Positions 9,298 to 19,357 are shown, counted from the stretch's first letter. The stretch is 64,000 nucleotides of DNA from Thermoanaerobaculia bacterium (GCA_963816185.1 CAWFJJ010000008.1:320001-384000), one strand, 5' to 3'. Numbers and translations are program-made. Notes: a model not told the origin generated them from the letters alone.

Positions 9298-11939
9298 TTC
9301 GATTCCGGTGTCCAGCCGACGACGACCGTGATCGGTACCCCAGCGTCTGAGGTCCTCCGCGAGTTCACGATGAAGCGCTTCCCGTCGGGCGTCACGTCGT
9401 AATGGTTGCGAGCCTCGATCAGGGGCAGGATGCGCGTCTGAAAGAGCGCGCGGGGGGGGTCCGACTCGAGCCGCGGATGAGTCCGGATGTCCACGGCCAT
9501 GATCTTGCGATCCGGGGCGACGTAGTAGAGCTCCCTCCCATCCGACCGCCAGCGGGCCTGGGTGCCTCCCCGGGTGGAGATCTGCCGGCGCTCGGCAGCG
9601 TCCGGGAAGCTCCGGATGAAAATCTCGCGCGCGCCCGACTCGTCCGACTCGTGGGCCAGCCACCGGCCGTCGGGAGAGAGGCGTGCCCCCAGCTGGCTGA
9701 ACGTGTCTTGCAGGACGGGCCTGTTCGTCCCGGTCTGCAGGTCGCGCACCCATACGTCCATGTGGAAGGTCGGCCAGTCGACGACTTCGTAGAAGAGCAG
9801 CCGGCCATCCCGGGACCAGTCGTCGAGCGGAGCGAAGGTCGGCGTCTTGAAGAGGATCTTCTCGCTCTCCACTCCCTGGACGTCGCGTACGTAGACCTCG
9901 CCCGTCGGGAAGGCGCTGTAGGCGACCCTCTGTCCGTCCGGGCTCCACAGAGGCGTCGATGCGACCACTGCCTGGGATGAGACCCGGGTGAGGCTTCCGC
10001 GTTCGAGATCCATCTTCCAGATACTCGACGCCATGGCCTCCGTATCCATGCGAGGCACTGCAAGGGATTGCCCGTCCGGAGACAGGGTCGGCTCCCAGTA
10101 GGAGCCGTCCGGGCCGATCGATCCCAGCTCGCGGCCCGATCGGTCGTACCAGAGCAGGCGGCTCGCGACCGGGCCGCCGGTCTGACAGACGAGGATGCCC
10201 GTGTTCGAGGCGGACACCGCCGTCGCCATGGTCGAATAGCCCTCCCACCGGATGTTCTCGACGACGGGGACGGGCTCACCGGCGAGCAGACGCCGTTTCG
10301 CGTCGAACCGCTGCGCGACCAGTCGGTCGCCGCGCCGGTACAGGAGATAGCCCGGCGCGGCATAGATCGCGCCGCCGTCGGCCGCGGCGATACGCGTCGT
10401 CTCTTTGGACTCGAGCGACGTGACGTGGAGGCCCTGGACGTCGGCACCTCCCGCGAACACGAAATAGAGAAAATGAATACCGTCCGGGAGGAAGAACGGC
10501 CAGCGATAGGAGGCACCCGGCCGTAGCTGCGGGAGCGAAGCCGCCTGGCCGCCACCCTCGGCCACGCGCTCCACTGCGCCGCCGGCATTGATTGCGGCGA
10601 GGATGACGCCGTGGGAGCCCCACGATCCGCCGCGCGGCTCCGGCGCGTCGCAAAGCGTGACCGGGGTGCCCGTGGTCACGTCGATCCGCTTCAGTTTCGA
10701 CTGAGCGAAGAAACCGATCGACCGGCTGTCGGGGGACCAGAACGGAAGCGCCGCGCCTTCGGTCCCGGGGAGCACGCGCGATTCGAGCGAATCGAGAGGC
10801 CGAAGATAGAGAAGGTCGTTGCCGTCGGCGCCGGTCGCGACGAAGGTGAGCATCCGTCCGTCGGGAGAAACGGCGGGCATCGCCTGAAAACCCGCGCCCG
10901 AGGGTGGAGGGATCGTGAGGCGGAGTCTGGGCGAAGGCGCATGGAGCGAGCTCCCCCGAGGGATGAGGAGCGAGCCGAGGAGAAGCGCGAGGAACACACC
11001 TGCCGCGATCCAACCCACACGACTCCAGCGCCGTGAAAGCGCGATCGGCGTTTTCCGGTCGGAGATGGAGGAGGCTTCCGCGAGCTCGAGCGCGACGTCG
11101 CGGGCGTTTTGCACGCGGCGCTCGGGGTCCTTGGTCAGGCAGCGGCGCACGAGGCGATCGAGCGCCGGCGGGGTCGTCGGCCGGAGGGAGGAGACAGGAG
11201 GCGGATCGCTTTGCATGATGGCGGAGATCAGCGATGCCTGACTCGCGGCCGAGAACGCCTTCTTTCCCGTCGCCATTTCGTAGAGCACGCACCCGAGCGC
11301 AAAGATGTCCGTCCGGGCGTCGGCGGCCTTGCCTTCCAGCTGCTCGGGAGCCATGTACTGTGGCGTGCCCAGGATCGTCCCGAGTCCCGTGACCGCGTCT
11401 TTCGTCGGGAGCGCCGTCATCACGGCCGGCGAGGAGCCCAGGGAGCCGAGAGGCTTGGCGAGGCCGAAGTCGAGCAGCTTCACGCCGGACTTCGTCAGCA
11501 TCACGTTGCCGGGCTTCAGATCTCGATGGACGATTCCCTGCCGGTGTGCGCAGTCCAGGGCGTCGGCGATTTCCGCCCCGAAGCGCAGCGTCTGCTCGAG
11601 CAGCAGAGGTCCTTTCGCGAGCCGGTCCGCCAATGTCTCTCCCTCCAGGTACTCCATGACGAGCAAATGCCGCCCGGAGGAACCGGGGGAACCGGGGATT
11701 TCTTCGAACGAGTAGAGATGCGCGATGCCCGAATGGTTGAGGCTCGCGAGGATGCGGGCCTCGCGCTCGAATCGCGCGATGCTCTCCCCGTTCTCGAATA
11801 ATTCCTCCGGCAGGACCTTCAGGGCGACGACCCGCTCGAGGCGTGCATCCTTCGCCTTGTACACCTCGCCCATCCCGCCCGCGCCAAGGGCAGAAAGCAC
11901 CTCATAGGGCCCTAGTCGCGATCCCGCTGCGATGACCAG
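9294..11939 (-). CDS. Membrane Ser/Thr protein kinase with C-terminal TolB/PD40 beta-propeller (probable CTG start at 11939; first GTG at 11900)
   Basis: HRDLKPGN, DFG, GTPQYMAPE, a hydrophobic segment (WIAAGVFLALLLGSLLI) and WSPD repeats. Homology (GSRLGPYEV) extends upstream of 11900. Confidence 0.9.
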   Translation of the reverse strand: MVIAAGSRLGPYEVLSALGAGGMGEVYKAKDARLERVVALKVLPEELFENGESIARFEREARILASLNHSGIAHLYSFEEIPGSPGSSGRHLLVMEYLEGETLADRLAKGPLLLEQTLRFGAEIADALDCAHRQGIVHRDLKPGNVMLTKSGVKLLDFGLAKPLGSLGSSPAVMTALPTKDAVTGLGTILGTPQYMAPEQLEGKAADARTDIFALGCVLYEMATGKKAFSAASQASLISAIMQSDPPPVSSLRPTTPPALDRLVRRCLTKDPERRVQNARDVALELAEASSISDRKTPIALSRRWSRVGWIAAGVFLALLLGSLLIPRGSSLHAPSPRLRLTIPPPSGAGFQAMPAVSPDGRMLTFVATGADGNDLLYLRPLDSLESRVLPGTEGAALPFWSPDSRSIGFFAQSKLKRIDVTTGTPVTLCDAPEPRGGSWGSHGVILAAINAGGAVERVAEGGGQAASLPQLRPGASYRWPFFLPDGIHFLYFVFAGGADVQGLHVTSLESKETTRIAAADGGAIYAAPGYLLYRRGDRLVAQRFDAKRRLLAGEPVPVVENIRWEGYSTMATAVSASNTGILVCQTGGPVASRLLWYDRSGRELGSIGPDGSYWEPTLSPDGQSLAVPRMDTEAMASSIWKMDLERGSLTRVSSQAVVASTPLWSPDGQRVAYSAFPTGEVYVRDVQGVESEKILFKTPTFAPLDDWSRDGRLLFYEVVDWPTFHMDVWVRDLQTGTNRPVLQDTFSQLGARLSPDGRWLAHESDESGAREIFIRSFPDAAERRQISTRGGTQARWRSDGRELYYVAPDRKIMAVDIRTHPRLESDPPRALFQTRILPLIEARNHYDVTPDGKRFIVNSRRTSDAGVPITVVVGWTPESK

Positions 11940-12025
11940 AGCGCGAAGTCTAGCGCCCGAGACGGGTGCGGCGTGAACGGCAGGCTTAGAATCTTCGCTT
12001 GAGGTTTCGGTCGGGAGGAGCCGGC

Positions 12026-13510
12026 ATGACGGAAGGCCAGGAGCCCGAGGACTCCTCGAGTGCCGGCATTCCGCTCTGTGTCGATCTCGACGGGACGCTG
12101 ATCAGGACGGATCTCCTTTACGAGGCGCTCGCGCGGCTTTCGAAGGGAGGGCTCGTCCCCTTGATCCAGGCCCCTTTCTGGCTCTCGAAGGGGAGGGCGG
12201 GCTTCAAGAGAGAGGTTGCGAGCCGCGTGGAGCTCGAGCCTTCCTCGCTTCCTTACGACGAGCGCCTGATCGAGTTCCTGCGTGGCGAGAAAGGCCGCGG
12301 CCGCCGCCTCATCCTCGTGACGGCATCCGACCTCCGCTGGGCCGAGCAGGTGGCGGCGCACCTCGAGCTCTTCGACGAGGTGATGGGAAGCGACGGTTCG
12401 ACGAACCTCGAGGGCGAGACGAAAGCGCACGCGCTCGTGGAGCGCTTCGGCGACCAGGGATTCGACTACGCGGGAAACGGGCCCGCGGACCTTCCCGTAT
12501 GGAAGAGGGCGCGCCGCGCCATCGCGGTGAACACGCCGCCGGCGATCGAGAACGGCCTCAGGCAGGATGGAAATCTGGCGGAGTCGTTCCCGTCCGTCCC
12601 CCTGACTCCGAAGACCCTCGTCGGGGCGATCCGGATTCGCCAGTGGGTGAAGAATCTTCTCGTCTTCGTCCCGATCATCACCGCCCACAAGCTTCAGGAC
12701 CCAGGCGTCCTCGCGGCGGGCGCCGTCGCCTTCGCGGCCATCTCGATCTGCGCGTCGGGCATCTACCTGATCAACGATCTCCTGGACCTGGATTCCGACC
12801 GGAAGCACCCGAAGAAGAGGGACCGGGCGATCGCGAGCGGCAGCCTTCCGATCCCGTACGCCGTCCTCCTGTCGCTGGTCCTGATCGCGGCGGGTCTCGC
12901 GATCTCGCTGCGGCTGCCTGCCGACGCGGTGAAGCTCATCGTCGTCTACCTCTTCGCGACGACCGCTTACTCGCTGTCTCTGAAGCGGCGGGTGCTCCTC
13001 GACGTTTTTACGTTGTCGTTCCTCTACACCCTCCGCGTCCTGCTCGGGGGCGCCGCCACGGGTCTTCTTCTCTCTCCGTGGTTTCTCGCGTTCGCGGTCT
13101 TCACGTTCCTGAGCCTCGCGTTCTGCAAGAGGGCCGCCGAGATCGTACGGCTGAAGAGGTCCGAGGCGAACGAGGCTCACGGGCGCGCGTACTTCACGTG
13201 GGATCACCTCGTCGTGCAGACGAGCGGGATCACGAGCGCCTACCTGGCCGCGATCGTCCTCGCGCTCTACCTGCAGAGCGACACCGTGAGGCGCTTCTAC
13301 GCGAGCCCGGCATGGCTCTGGCTCCTCGTCCCCGCGTTCCTCTACTGGATCAGCAGGATCTGGGTGCTCGTCAACCGGGGCGAGATGGACGAGGATCCGG
13401 TGCTCTTCGCGACCCGCGACCGCGTCACGTATCTGACCGCCCTTCTCAGCGCGGCCGTGCTCATCCTCGCCACGTACGGGCCCTTCAACCTTCCAGGGGT
13501 CCAGCCTTGA
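12026..13510 (+). CDS. HAD-like domain + UbiA-family prenyltransferase (decaprenyl-phosphate phosphoribosyltransferase-like)
   Basis: DLDGTL, RQWVKNLLVFVP, NDLLDLDSDRKHPKKRDR and DDP-like DEDPVLFA. Multiple TM segments. RBS GGAGGAG. Confidence 0.9.
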   Translation: MTEGQEPEDSSSAGIPLCVDLDGTLIRTDLLYEALARLSKGGLVPLIQAPFWLSKGRAGFKREVASRVELEPSSLPYDERLIEFLRGEKGRGRRLILVTASDLRWAEQVAAHLELFDEVMGSDGSTNLEGETKAHALVERFGDQGFDYAGNGPADLPVWKRARRAIAVNTPPAIENGLRQDGNLAESFPSVPLTPKTLVGAIRIRQWVKNLLVFVPIITAHKLQDPGVLAAGAVAFAAISICASGIYLINDLLDLDSDRKHPKKRDRAIASGSLPIPYAVLLSLVLIAAGLAISLRLPADAVKLIVVYLFATTAYSLSLKRRVLLDVFTLSFLYTLRVLLGGAATGLLLSPWFLAFAVFTFLSLAFCKRAAEIVRLKRSEANEAHGRAYFTWDHLVVQTSGITSAYLAAIVLALYLQSDTVRRFYASPAWLWLLVPAFLYWISRIWVLVNRGEMDEDPVLFATRDRVTYLTALLSAAVLILATYGPFNLPGVQP

Positions 13511-13521
13511 AGCCGCTCGCC

Positions 13522-13548
13522 GGGGGGCGCTATTCGCCGCCCCCCTTT
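13522..13548 (+). terminator. GC-rich hairpin with short T tail after the UbiA gene
   Basis: GGGGGGCG-N8-CGCCCCCC followed by TTT. Confidence 0.4.
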
Positions 13549-13590
13549 CCCCCTGTCGAATCACGCTTGTAGACCCCCCAGAGGCGTGAG

Positions 13591-14277
13591 GTGCAAGTGA
13601 AGCCCCTCTTCTTCTTTGATCTCGACGACACGCTCGTCGACCATCACGCCGCGGAGGAGGACGCTCACCGCGAGACGCATGCGTCCCACACGTCGCTCTT
13701 TTCGGGCGTCGCGTTCGACGACTGGCTCGCCGCGTATCGCCGAAACAACCTGCGGCTCTGGCACGAGTACGGGAAGGGCGAGATCGACCGGCCGACTCTC
13801 GCCGCGCGGCGCTTCGCGCTGCCGCTCGCCGATCTCGGCCTCGACGTCGCGGGAGGCGCCGCCGTGAGCGCCTTCTACATCGGCGCATACAGCCGCAACT
13901 GGCGGCTGATCGAGGGCGCCGAAGACGTGCTCTCGCACGCCGCGGAGCTGGGCGTCGTGGGCATCCTCTCGAACGGCTTCCGCCAGACGCAGCGGGCGAA
14001 GATCGCGCGCTTCGGTCTCGACCGCTGGGCGCGACATGTGATCCTGTCGGAGGACGTCGGAGCCATGAAGCCGTCGCGGGCGATCTTCGACGCCGCCTGG
14101 CAGGCCGCGGGTGGCGAGACGCGGCGCCGGGTGTACGTGGGGGATTCCTTCGCGACGGACGTCGTGGGAGCGAAGGAGGCGGGCTGGTTCCCGATCTTCT
14201 TCGACCGCCACGGCAAAGGGGCGCCCGAGCCCGTGGTCTTCGTCACGCGGCTCGCCGACCTCAAGCCGCTTTTCTAG
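13591..14277 (+). CDS. HAD-superfamily hydrolase (YjjG-like nucleotidase)
   Basis: FDLDDTL, LSNG, KP and VGDS...DVVGA motifs. Confidence 0.88.
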   Translation: MQVKPLFFFDLDDTLVDHHAAEEDAHRETHASHTSLFSGVAFDDWLAAYRRNNLRLWHEYGKGEIDRPTLAARRFALPLADLGLDVAGGAAVSAFYIGAYSRNWRLIEGAEDVLSHAAELGVVGILSNGFRQTQRAKIARFGLDRWARHVILSEDVGAMKPSRAIFDAAWQAAGGETRRRVYVGDSFATDVVGAKEAGWFPIFFDRHGKGAPEPVVFVTRLADLKPLF

Positions 14278-14289
14278 AACGCGCCCGCT

Positions 14290-15798
14290 CTAGCGGCTGC
14301 TCTTGCCAGGGCCCGAGGGCGGCGTCATCGCGGAAGGAAGCGTCTTCTTCATCGCGGCGAGCACGGGCTCGTTGCCCGCGGGCGGCTGGAAGCCGTGGTG
14401 CGTGAGGATGTGCCAGAGCCGCCCGACGACGGCCTCGGACTGCAGCGGCTTGGCCATGACGTCGGTCGCACCCGTCTGGATCGCGAACGCAAAGTGGCTG
14501 CGGTCGAGGCGCGACGAGGTCAGGACGACGGGCAGCGCGATCGTAGCGGGCTGGGCCTTGATGACGCGCGTGACGTCGAATCCGTCCATCCCGGGAAGGG
14601 AGATGTCCATGAGGACGAGGTCGACGGTGTCCTTGAGCAGCCGCCCGAGCGCTTCGGGGCCGTCCTTGGCCTCGAGCGTGCGGCAGCCGTGACGACCGAG
14701 CACGTCGGCGAGGCGCTTGCGCTCTTTCGCGTCGCCTTCGACGAGAAGGATGACGGGGGGGCGGTTCTTCGCCTCGACGGGCGTCGCGCCCGATGTGGCG
14801 CGGAGCGCGGACGTCGGCATGACGGGCGTCGGAATCGAAACGAGCTCGGGATGCGTTCCCCGGCTCGCGGGCGTCTCGATCGGCATCCCCGGAGCGCTGG
14901 GAAAGGAAACGGCCGGAATGGACGGGTGCGGCGCCGACACCATCGAGGCGGTACCGGATAGCGGACGAAGCATCGCGAGCTCGGCTTCGAGATCGGCCGC
15001 GGAAGCGAACCGGGCGGACGGCTCCTTCGCGAGCGCCTTGTAGGTGATCTCGATGAGCTCGGGCGCGATGTCCGTCGCCTTGCGCAGGTCGTCCGGCGGC
15101 GGCTCCGAGACGTGCTTCATCGCGATCACGAGTGGCGACTCGCCGTCGTAAGGGACCTTTCCCGTCAGGATCTCGTAGGCCATGACGCCGATGGAGTAGA
15201 CGTCGCTGCGCGCGTCCGTCGGACGCCCGAGAGCCTGCTCGGGAGACATGTAGTGGGGCGTCCCCACCATCACGCTGTCGAGCGTGAGCTGCTCGGTCGT
15301 CTTCCCCCGCGCGAGGCCGAAGTCGAGAATGGCGACCGCGCCGCTGTCCTCGACCATGACGTTCTGCGACTTGAGATCCCGATGGATGATGCCGAGCTTG
15401 TGCGCGGCTTCGGTCCCGAGGGCGATCTGCCGGAGGATCGAGATCGCGCGCGCCTGCGGCAGCCTTCCCTCGAGCTGGATGATCGTCCGGAGATCCTTGC
15501 CCGGGACGTACTCCATCGTGATGTAAGGGAAATCGCCGCTCATTCCGAAATCGTGGATGCGCGCCACGTTCGGGTGTTTGATCTTCCGGTTGAGGTTGAT
15601 CTCGCGCTTGAAGCGCTGGAGGAGCTGCTGGTCGTCGCTCTCCCAGTCCGGAGACAGGACCTTGATGGCGACGACGTCGTCCAGATCCAGATCCTGCGCT
15701 TTGAAGACGATCCCCATGCCGCCGCGCCCGACGGTTTCCTGCCATCGGTAGCGCGTCAGTCCCTCGAAGAAGCGTTGGCGGAGTCGTTCCAGGTTCAT
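14290..15798 (-). CDS. Cytoplasmic Ser/Thr kinase fused to a C-terminal receiver domain
   Basis: GRGGMG, HRDLKSQN, DFG and YMSPE, a Pro-rich linker, then DLVLMDISLPGMDG...KP. Confidence 0.9.
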   Translation of the reverse strand: MNLERLRQRFFEGLTRYRWQETVGRGGMGIVFKAQDLDLDDVVAIKVLSPDWESDDQQLLQRFKREINLNRKIKHPNVARIHDFGMSGDFPYITMEYVPGKDLRTIIQLEGRLPQARAISILRQIALGTEAAHKLGIIHRDLKSQNVMVEDSGAVAILDFGLARGKTTEQLTLDSVMVGTPHYMSPEQALGRPTDARSDVYSIGVMAYEILTGKVPYDGESPLVIAMKHVSEPPPDDLRKATDIAPELIEITYKALAKEPSARFASAADLEAELAMLRPLSGTASMVSAPHPSIPAVSFPSAPGMPIETPASRGTHPELVSIPTPVMPTSALRATSGATPVEAKNRPPVILLVEGDAKERKRLADVLGRHGCRTLEAKDGPEALGRLLKDTVDLVLMDISLPGMDGFDVTRVIKAQPATIALPVVLTSSRLDRSHFAFAIQTGATDVMAKPLQSEAVVGRLWHILTHHGFQPPAGNEPVLAAMKKTLPSAMTPPSGPGKSSR

Positions 15799-15920
15799 GC
15801 GTTCGCGCCCGAAAGGCGGTCTGGTGCGTAGGGTACAACGTCGAGCGCCGCTTCGCGTGACCCCCGGTAATCCTTCATCTCGGCGACTGCGTCTGATTCT
15901 CAGCCCTGGAGGCCCCGACG

Positions 15921-17906
15921 ATGAACGCCGTCCGACTCCTTCTTCTCGCCGCAGCCGCTTTCTCGGTGTTCCCGCCGTCCGGCTCGCCGGCGACGGCGGC
16001 CGAAGAGGGCGAGTCCACGTCTAACGCACAGAGCCCGAGCGACTTGGCGGCCCCCGATGCTCTCTTGCCGGCTGTGGCCGATTGCGCCTTCGCACCCTCC
16101 CACGTCGATCCCGACGGGCGCGCGCGCCGAGCCGCCGTATCGCGCGTCACACGAGCGTTCGCGGCTTCTCATCCCGCGGCCGCCCCCGCGCCGGCGGGCG
16201 CCCTGACCGGACTGACTCGTCACATCCGCCGCGCGAACTACGTCGACGACGAGATCTTCGGCGCCCTCGACGCGGCGAAGATCGTCCCGGCGCCCCTTTC
16301 GTCGGACGCAGAATTCCTCCGCCGCGTCACGCTCGATCTTGTGGGCCGCATTCCCGACGCGGCGACCGTCTCGGCTTTTCTCGCCGACCCTTCGGCGGAC
16401 AAACGCAGCCGGATGATCGACACGCTCCTCGCCTCGGACGCCTTCGTCGACCGGTGGGCGTTCTATTACGACGAGCTGTTCCAGAACACGGCGTTTGCGT
16501 CCAGCGGCCGTCTCTATCCCGCCGGCCGCAACGCGTGGCACGCGTATTTCCAGGATGCCGTCCGCTCGCACAAGCCGTGGGACGTGATGGCGAAAGAGCT
16601 GATCGCGGCGACGGGCGACACGACGGGCGAAGGTCCCGCGAACTTCCTGGCGCGCGGCATCCAGACGAACGGCCCCGGCCAGGACACGCTCGACAACCTC
16701 GCGGCGTCGACGGGCACGATCTTCCTCGGTGAGAACGCGATCTTCTGCACGTCGTGCCACAACGGAGCCGGCCACCTCGACTCGATCAACCTCTGGGGTT
16801 CGACCGTTCGCCGGCAGGACTTCTGGGGGATCTCGGCCTTCTACTCGAGGGTCTCGATCGCGCGCCAGACGACGTCGCAGAAGAACGTCTATCACTACAT
16901 CGTCGGCGACCGCTCGTCGGGGAATTACGCGCTCGACACGACGACGGGAAACAAGACCGACCGCACGAGCGCGTACTACACGACGATCCCCGCCGGCCTC
17001 ACGGTCATCACGCCCGGCTACCTGAAGACGCCGACGAATCCGCAGGGCGGCGCCCCGGCGAACGGCGAGGGGTCCCGCGCGGCCCTCGCGCGCCTCGTCA
17101 CCGCGGATCCCCAGTTCGCGCGGGCCGCGGTGAACTACCTTTGGAAGGAGCTCTTCAAGGTGGGGATCGTGGAGCCGGCGGACTCCTTCGACCTCCTGCG
17201 GCAGGATCCTCAGAACCCGCCCCCCGGCGGGTGGACGATTCAGCCGACGCACCCGAACCTCCTCACGAAGCTCGCGCAGGATTACGCCGGGCACGGCTAC
17301 GACCTGCGCTACATCCTCGGCGTCATGGCGAAGTCGAGCGCGTACCAGCTCTCGTCCTTCTACGACGGACCGTGGAGCGAGGCGTACACGCCGTATTTCG
17401 CGCGGCACTTCGCGCGGCGCATGACGGCCGAGGAGACGTTCGACGCGATCACGAGGGCGACGAACGTCCCGGCGAGCCTTCCGGTCACGGGGGCCCCGAA
17501 CGTCGCGTGGGCGATGCAGCTTCCCGACGTGCAGGAGCCCGGCGCGCGGACCGTCGCCGGCAATTTCCTGAACGCGTTTCTGAGAGGCGATCGCGACGGC
17601 GACGCGCGCTCGAACGAGTTCTCGATCTCGCAGGCGCTTCTCCTCCTGAACGACGCAACGGTGACGTCGCGCATCAAGAGCGGCGCCCCCGGCTCGGTCG
17701 TGAACGCGCTCGTCGCCTCGGGCGCGTCGCCGGTTGAGATCGTCTCGTCGCTCTACGTCTCGACCCTCTCCCGCTATCCATCCCCGTCGGAGCTCGCCCA
17801 AGGCGTGGCGCTCTTCTCGACGACTCCGGGCGAGTCGAAGGCGCAGGTCGCCGAGGACCTCCAGTACGCGCTCCTCAACAAGCTCGACTTCTTCTACAAC
17901 TACTGA
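15921..17906 (+). CDS. Secreted DUF1549/DUF1553 domain protein with CxxCH motif
   Basis: Signal peptide, EFLRRVTLDLVGRIP, FCTSCHN, FARAAVNYLWKELF, HPNLL, FARRMTAEE, QALLLLN. Confidence 0.85.
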   Translation: MNAVRLLLLAAAAFSVFPPSGSPATAAEEGESTSNAQSPSDLAAPDALLPAVADCAFAPSHVDPDGRARRAAVSRVTRAFAASHPAAAPAPAGALTGLTRHIRRANYVDDEIFGALDAAKIVPAPLSSDAEFLRRVTLDLVGRIPDAATVSAFLADPSADKRSRMIDTLLASDAFVDRWAFYYDELFQNTAFASSGRLYPAGRNAWHAYFQDAVRSHKPWDVMAKELIAATGDTTGEGPANFLARGIQTNGPGQDTLDNLAASTGTIFLGENAIFCTSCHNGAGHLDSINLWGSTVRRQDFWGISAFYSRVSIARQTTSQKNVYHYIVGDRSSGNYALDTTTGNKTDRTSAYYTTIPAGLTVITPGYLKTPTNPQGGAPANGEGSRAALARLVTADPQFARAAVNYLWKELFKVGIVEPADSFDLLRQDPQNPPPGGWTIQPTHPNLLTKLAQDYAGHGYDLRYILGVMAKSSAYQLSSFYDGPWSEAYTPYFARHFARRMTAEETFDAITRATNVPASLPVTGAPNVAWAMQLPDVQEPGARTVAGNFLNAFLRGDRDGDARSNEFSISQALLLLNDATVTSRIKSGAPGSVVNALVASGASPVEIVSSLYVSTLSRYPSPSELAQGVALFSTTPGESKAQVAEDLQYALLNKLDFFYNY

Positions 17907-17914
17907 GGCCCTCC

Positions 17915-19318
17915 ATGAAATCGCTGCTCCCAAGCCTGCCCGCTCCCGGCGTGACGCCGTACACCGGCCCCGAGCTCTCCCGCCGCGGCTTCCTCGAGGT
18001 CGGCGCCGCGGGCCTCGTCGCGTCGTGGTTCCTGAAGTCCCCTGCGGCGGCCTGGGCGGCGACCTCGGCGCAGGTCACGACGCGGAACACCGCGAAGAAC
18101 GTGATTTTCATCTTCCTTCCCGGTGCGCCGAGCCAGATCGACACCTGGGACCTCAAGGAAGGGGCGTGGACGCCCGCCGACTTCGCGCCGGCGAGCTTCG
18201 GCGGGGGCCTGCGCTTCCCGGCCGGCCTCTTGCCGAACCTGGCGAATCACCTCGGCGACGTCGCGATCGTGCGCTCGATGATGTCGCACGCGCTCGTCCA
18301 CGGCCTGGGCCAGACGTGGCTCCAGATCTCGCGCAACCCGACGGGCGCGACGGGCTCCGAGGCGCCGAACATGGGATCGATCGCGGCGCTCGAGCTGGAC
18401 CCGCAGCGCGGAGCCCAGGATGTCCTGCCGTCGTTTCTCTCGCTCAACACGCAGCCGAATCTCTCGGGAGCGGGCTACTTCCCGTCCACGTACTCGCCGT
18501 TCGTCGTGCAGCCCACGGCGACCGGGCTTGCCAGTCTGACCCATCCCGACGGCACGGTCCGATTCGCGACGCGCTGGAACGACCTCGAGCAGCTCGACGC
18601 CGCGCTCCGTTCCGGTCAGCCGCTCGGCAAGGACGCATCGGACGCCGTGAACTTCTACGACCAGGCCAAGATCCTCGTCGACACGCCCTCCGTGAACGGC
18701 CTCTTCGGCTACTCGACGGCGGACGCGCAGCGCTACGGGAGCTCCTCCTTCGGGAACGGGTGCCTCGTCGCCAAGCAGGTCCTTGCCGGGGGCCGCGGCG
18801 TGCGTTTCATCATGGTCTCGGTCGGCGGCTGGGACATGCACAGCAACATTTACGACAAGGCCGCCGGCACGAACCTCTACACGCAGACGGCGCAGCTCGA
18901 CCCCGCGCTCGCAAGCCTTATCGGCGACCTGAAGGCCGCTCCCGGGACGACGCCCGGCAAGACGCTCTTCGACGAGACGCTCGTCGTCGTCGCGGGCGAG
19001 TTCGGCCGCACGGTCGGCAACCTCAACGGCCAGCAGGGCCGGGACCACTTCGCGATCAACAGCGCGCTCTTCGCGGGCGGCGGCGTGAAAGGCGGCCAGG
19101 TCCTCGGCGCGACCGACGCGACCGGCGGGACGATCACGGACTCCGGCGTGACGGGCCGGACGGAATTGCGGGCCGAGGATCTCGCGTGCACGGTCTACTC
19201 GGCGCTCGGGATCGACTGGACCACGATGCGGCACGACGACCCCCTCGGCCGCGGCTTCGAGTACGTGCCGAACGCGGCCGCCGGCGTCTACGCTCCGATC
19301 GACCGGCTCTTCGGCTAG
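17915..19318 (+). CDS. DUF1501 domain protein, Tat signal
   Basis: SRRGFL, GAPSQIDTWD, GWDMH, GEFGRT, GRDH, GGGVKGG. Confidence 0.88.
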   Translation: MKSLLPSLPAPGVTPYTGPELSRRGFLEVGAAGLVASWFLKSPAAAWAATSAQVTTRNTAKNVIFIFLPGAPSQIDTWDLKEGAWTPADFAPASFGGGLRFPAGLLPNLANHLGDVAIVRSMMSHALVHGLGQTWLQISRNPTGATGSEAPNMGSIAALELDPQRGAQDVLPSFLSLNTQPNLSGAGYFPSTYSPFVVQPTATGLASLTHPDGTVRFATRWNDLEQLDAALRSGQPLGKDASDAVNFYDQAKILVDTPSVNGLFGYSTADAQRYGSSSFGNGCLVAKQVLAGGRGVRFIMVSVGGWDMHSNIYDKAAGTNLYTQTAQLDPALASLIGDLKAAPGTTPGKTLFDETLVVVAGEFGRTVGNLNGQQGRDHFAINSALFAGGGVKGGQVLGATDATGGTITDSGVTGRTELRAEDLACTVYSALGIDWTTMRHDDPLGRGFEYVPNAAAGVYAPIDRLFG

Positions 19319-19331
19319 CCCATGGGGGGTG

Positions 19332-19357
19332 CGGGGGGAGCGGGGAAGCTCCCCCCG
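19332..19357. repeat. Perfect 10-bp G/C hairpin (REP-like or terminator-like)
   Basis: CGGGGGGAGC-GGGGAA-GCTCCCCCCG directly after the DUF1501 stop. Confidence 0.5.

Noticed and set aside
9298-10248. N-terminal 317 aa of the 1154-aa ORF
   Set aside because: Out-of-frame overlap with the upstream kinase gene. Kinase homology starts at 9297.
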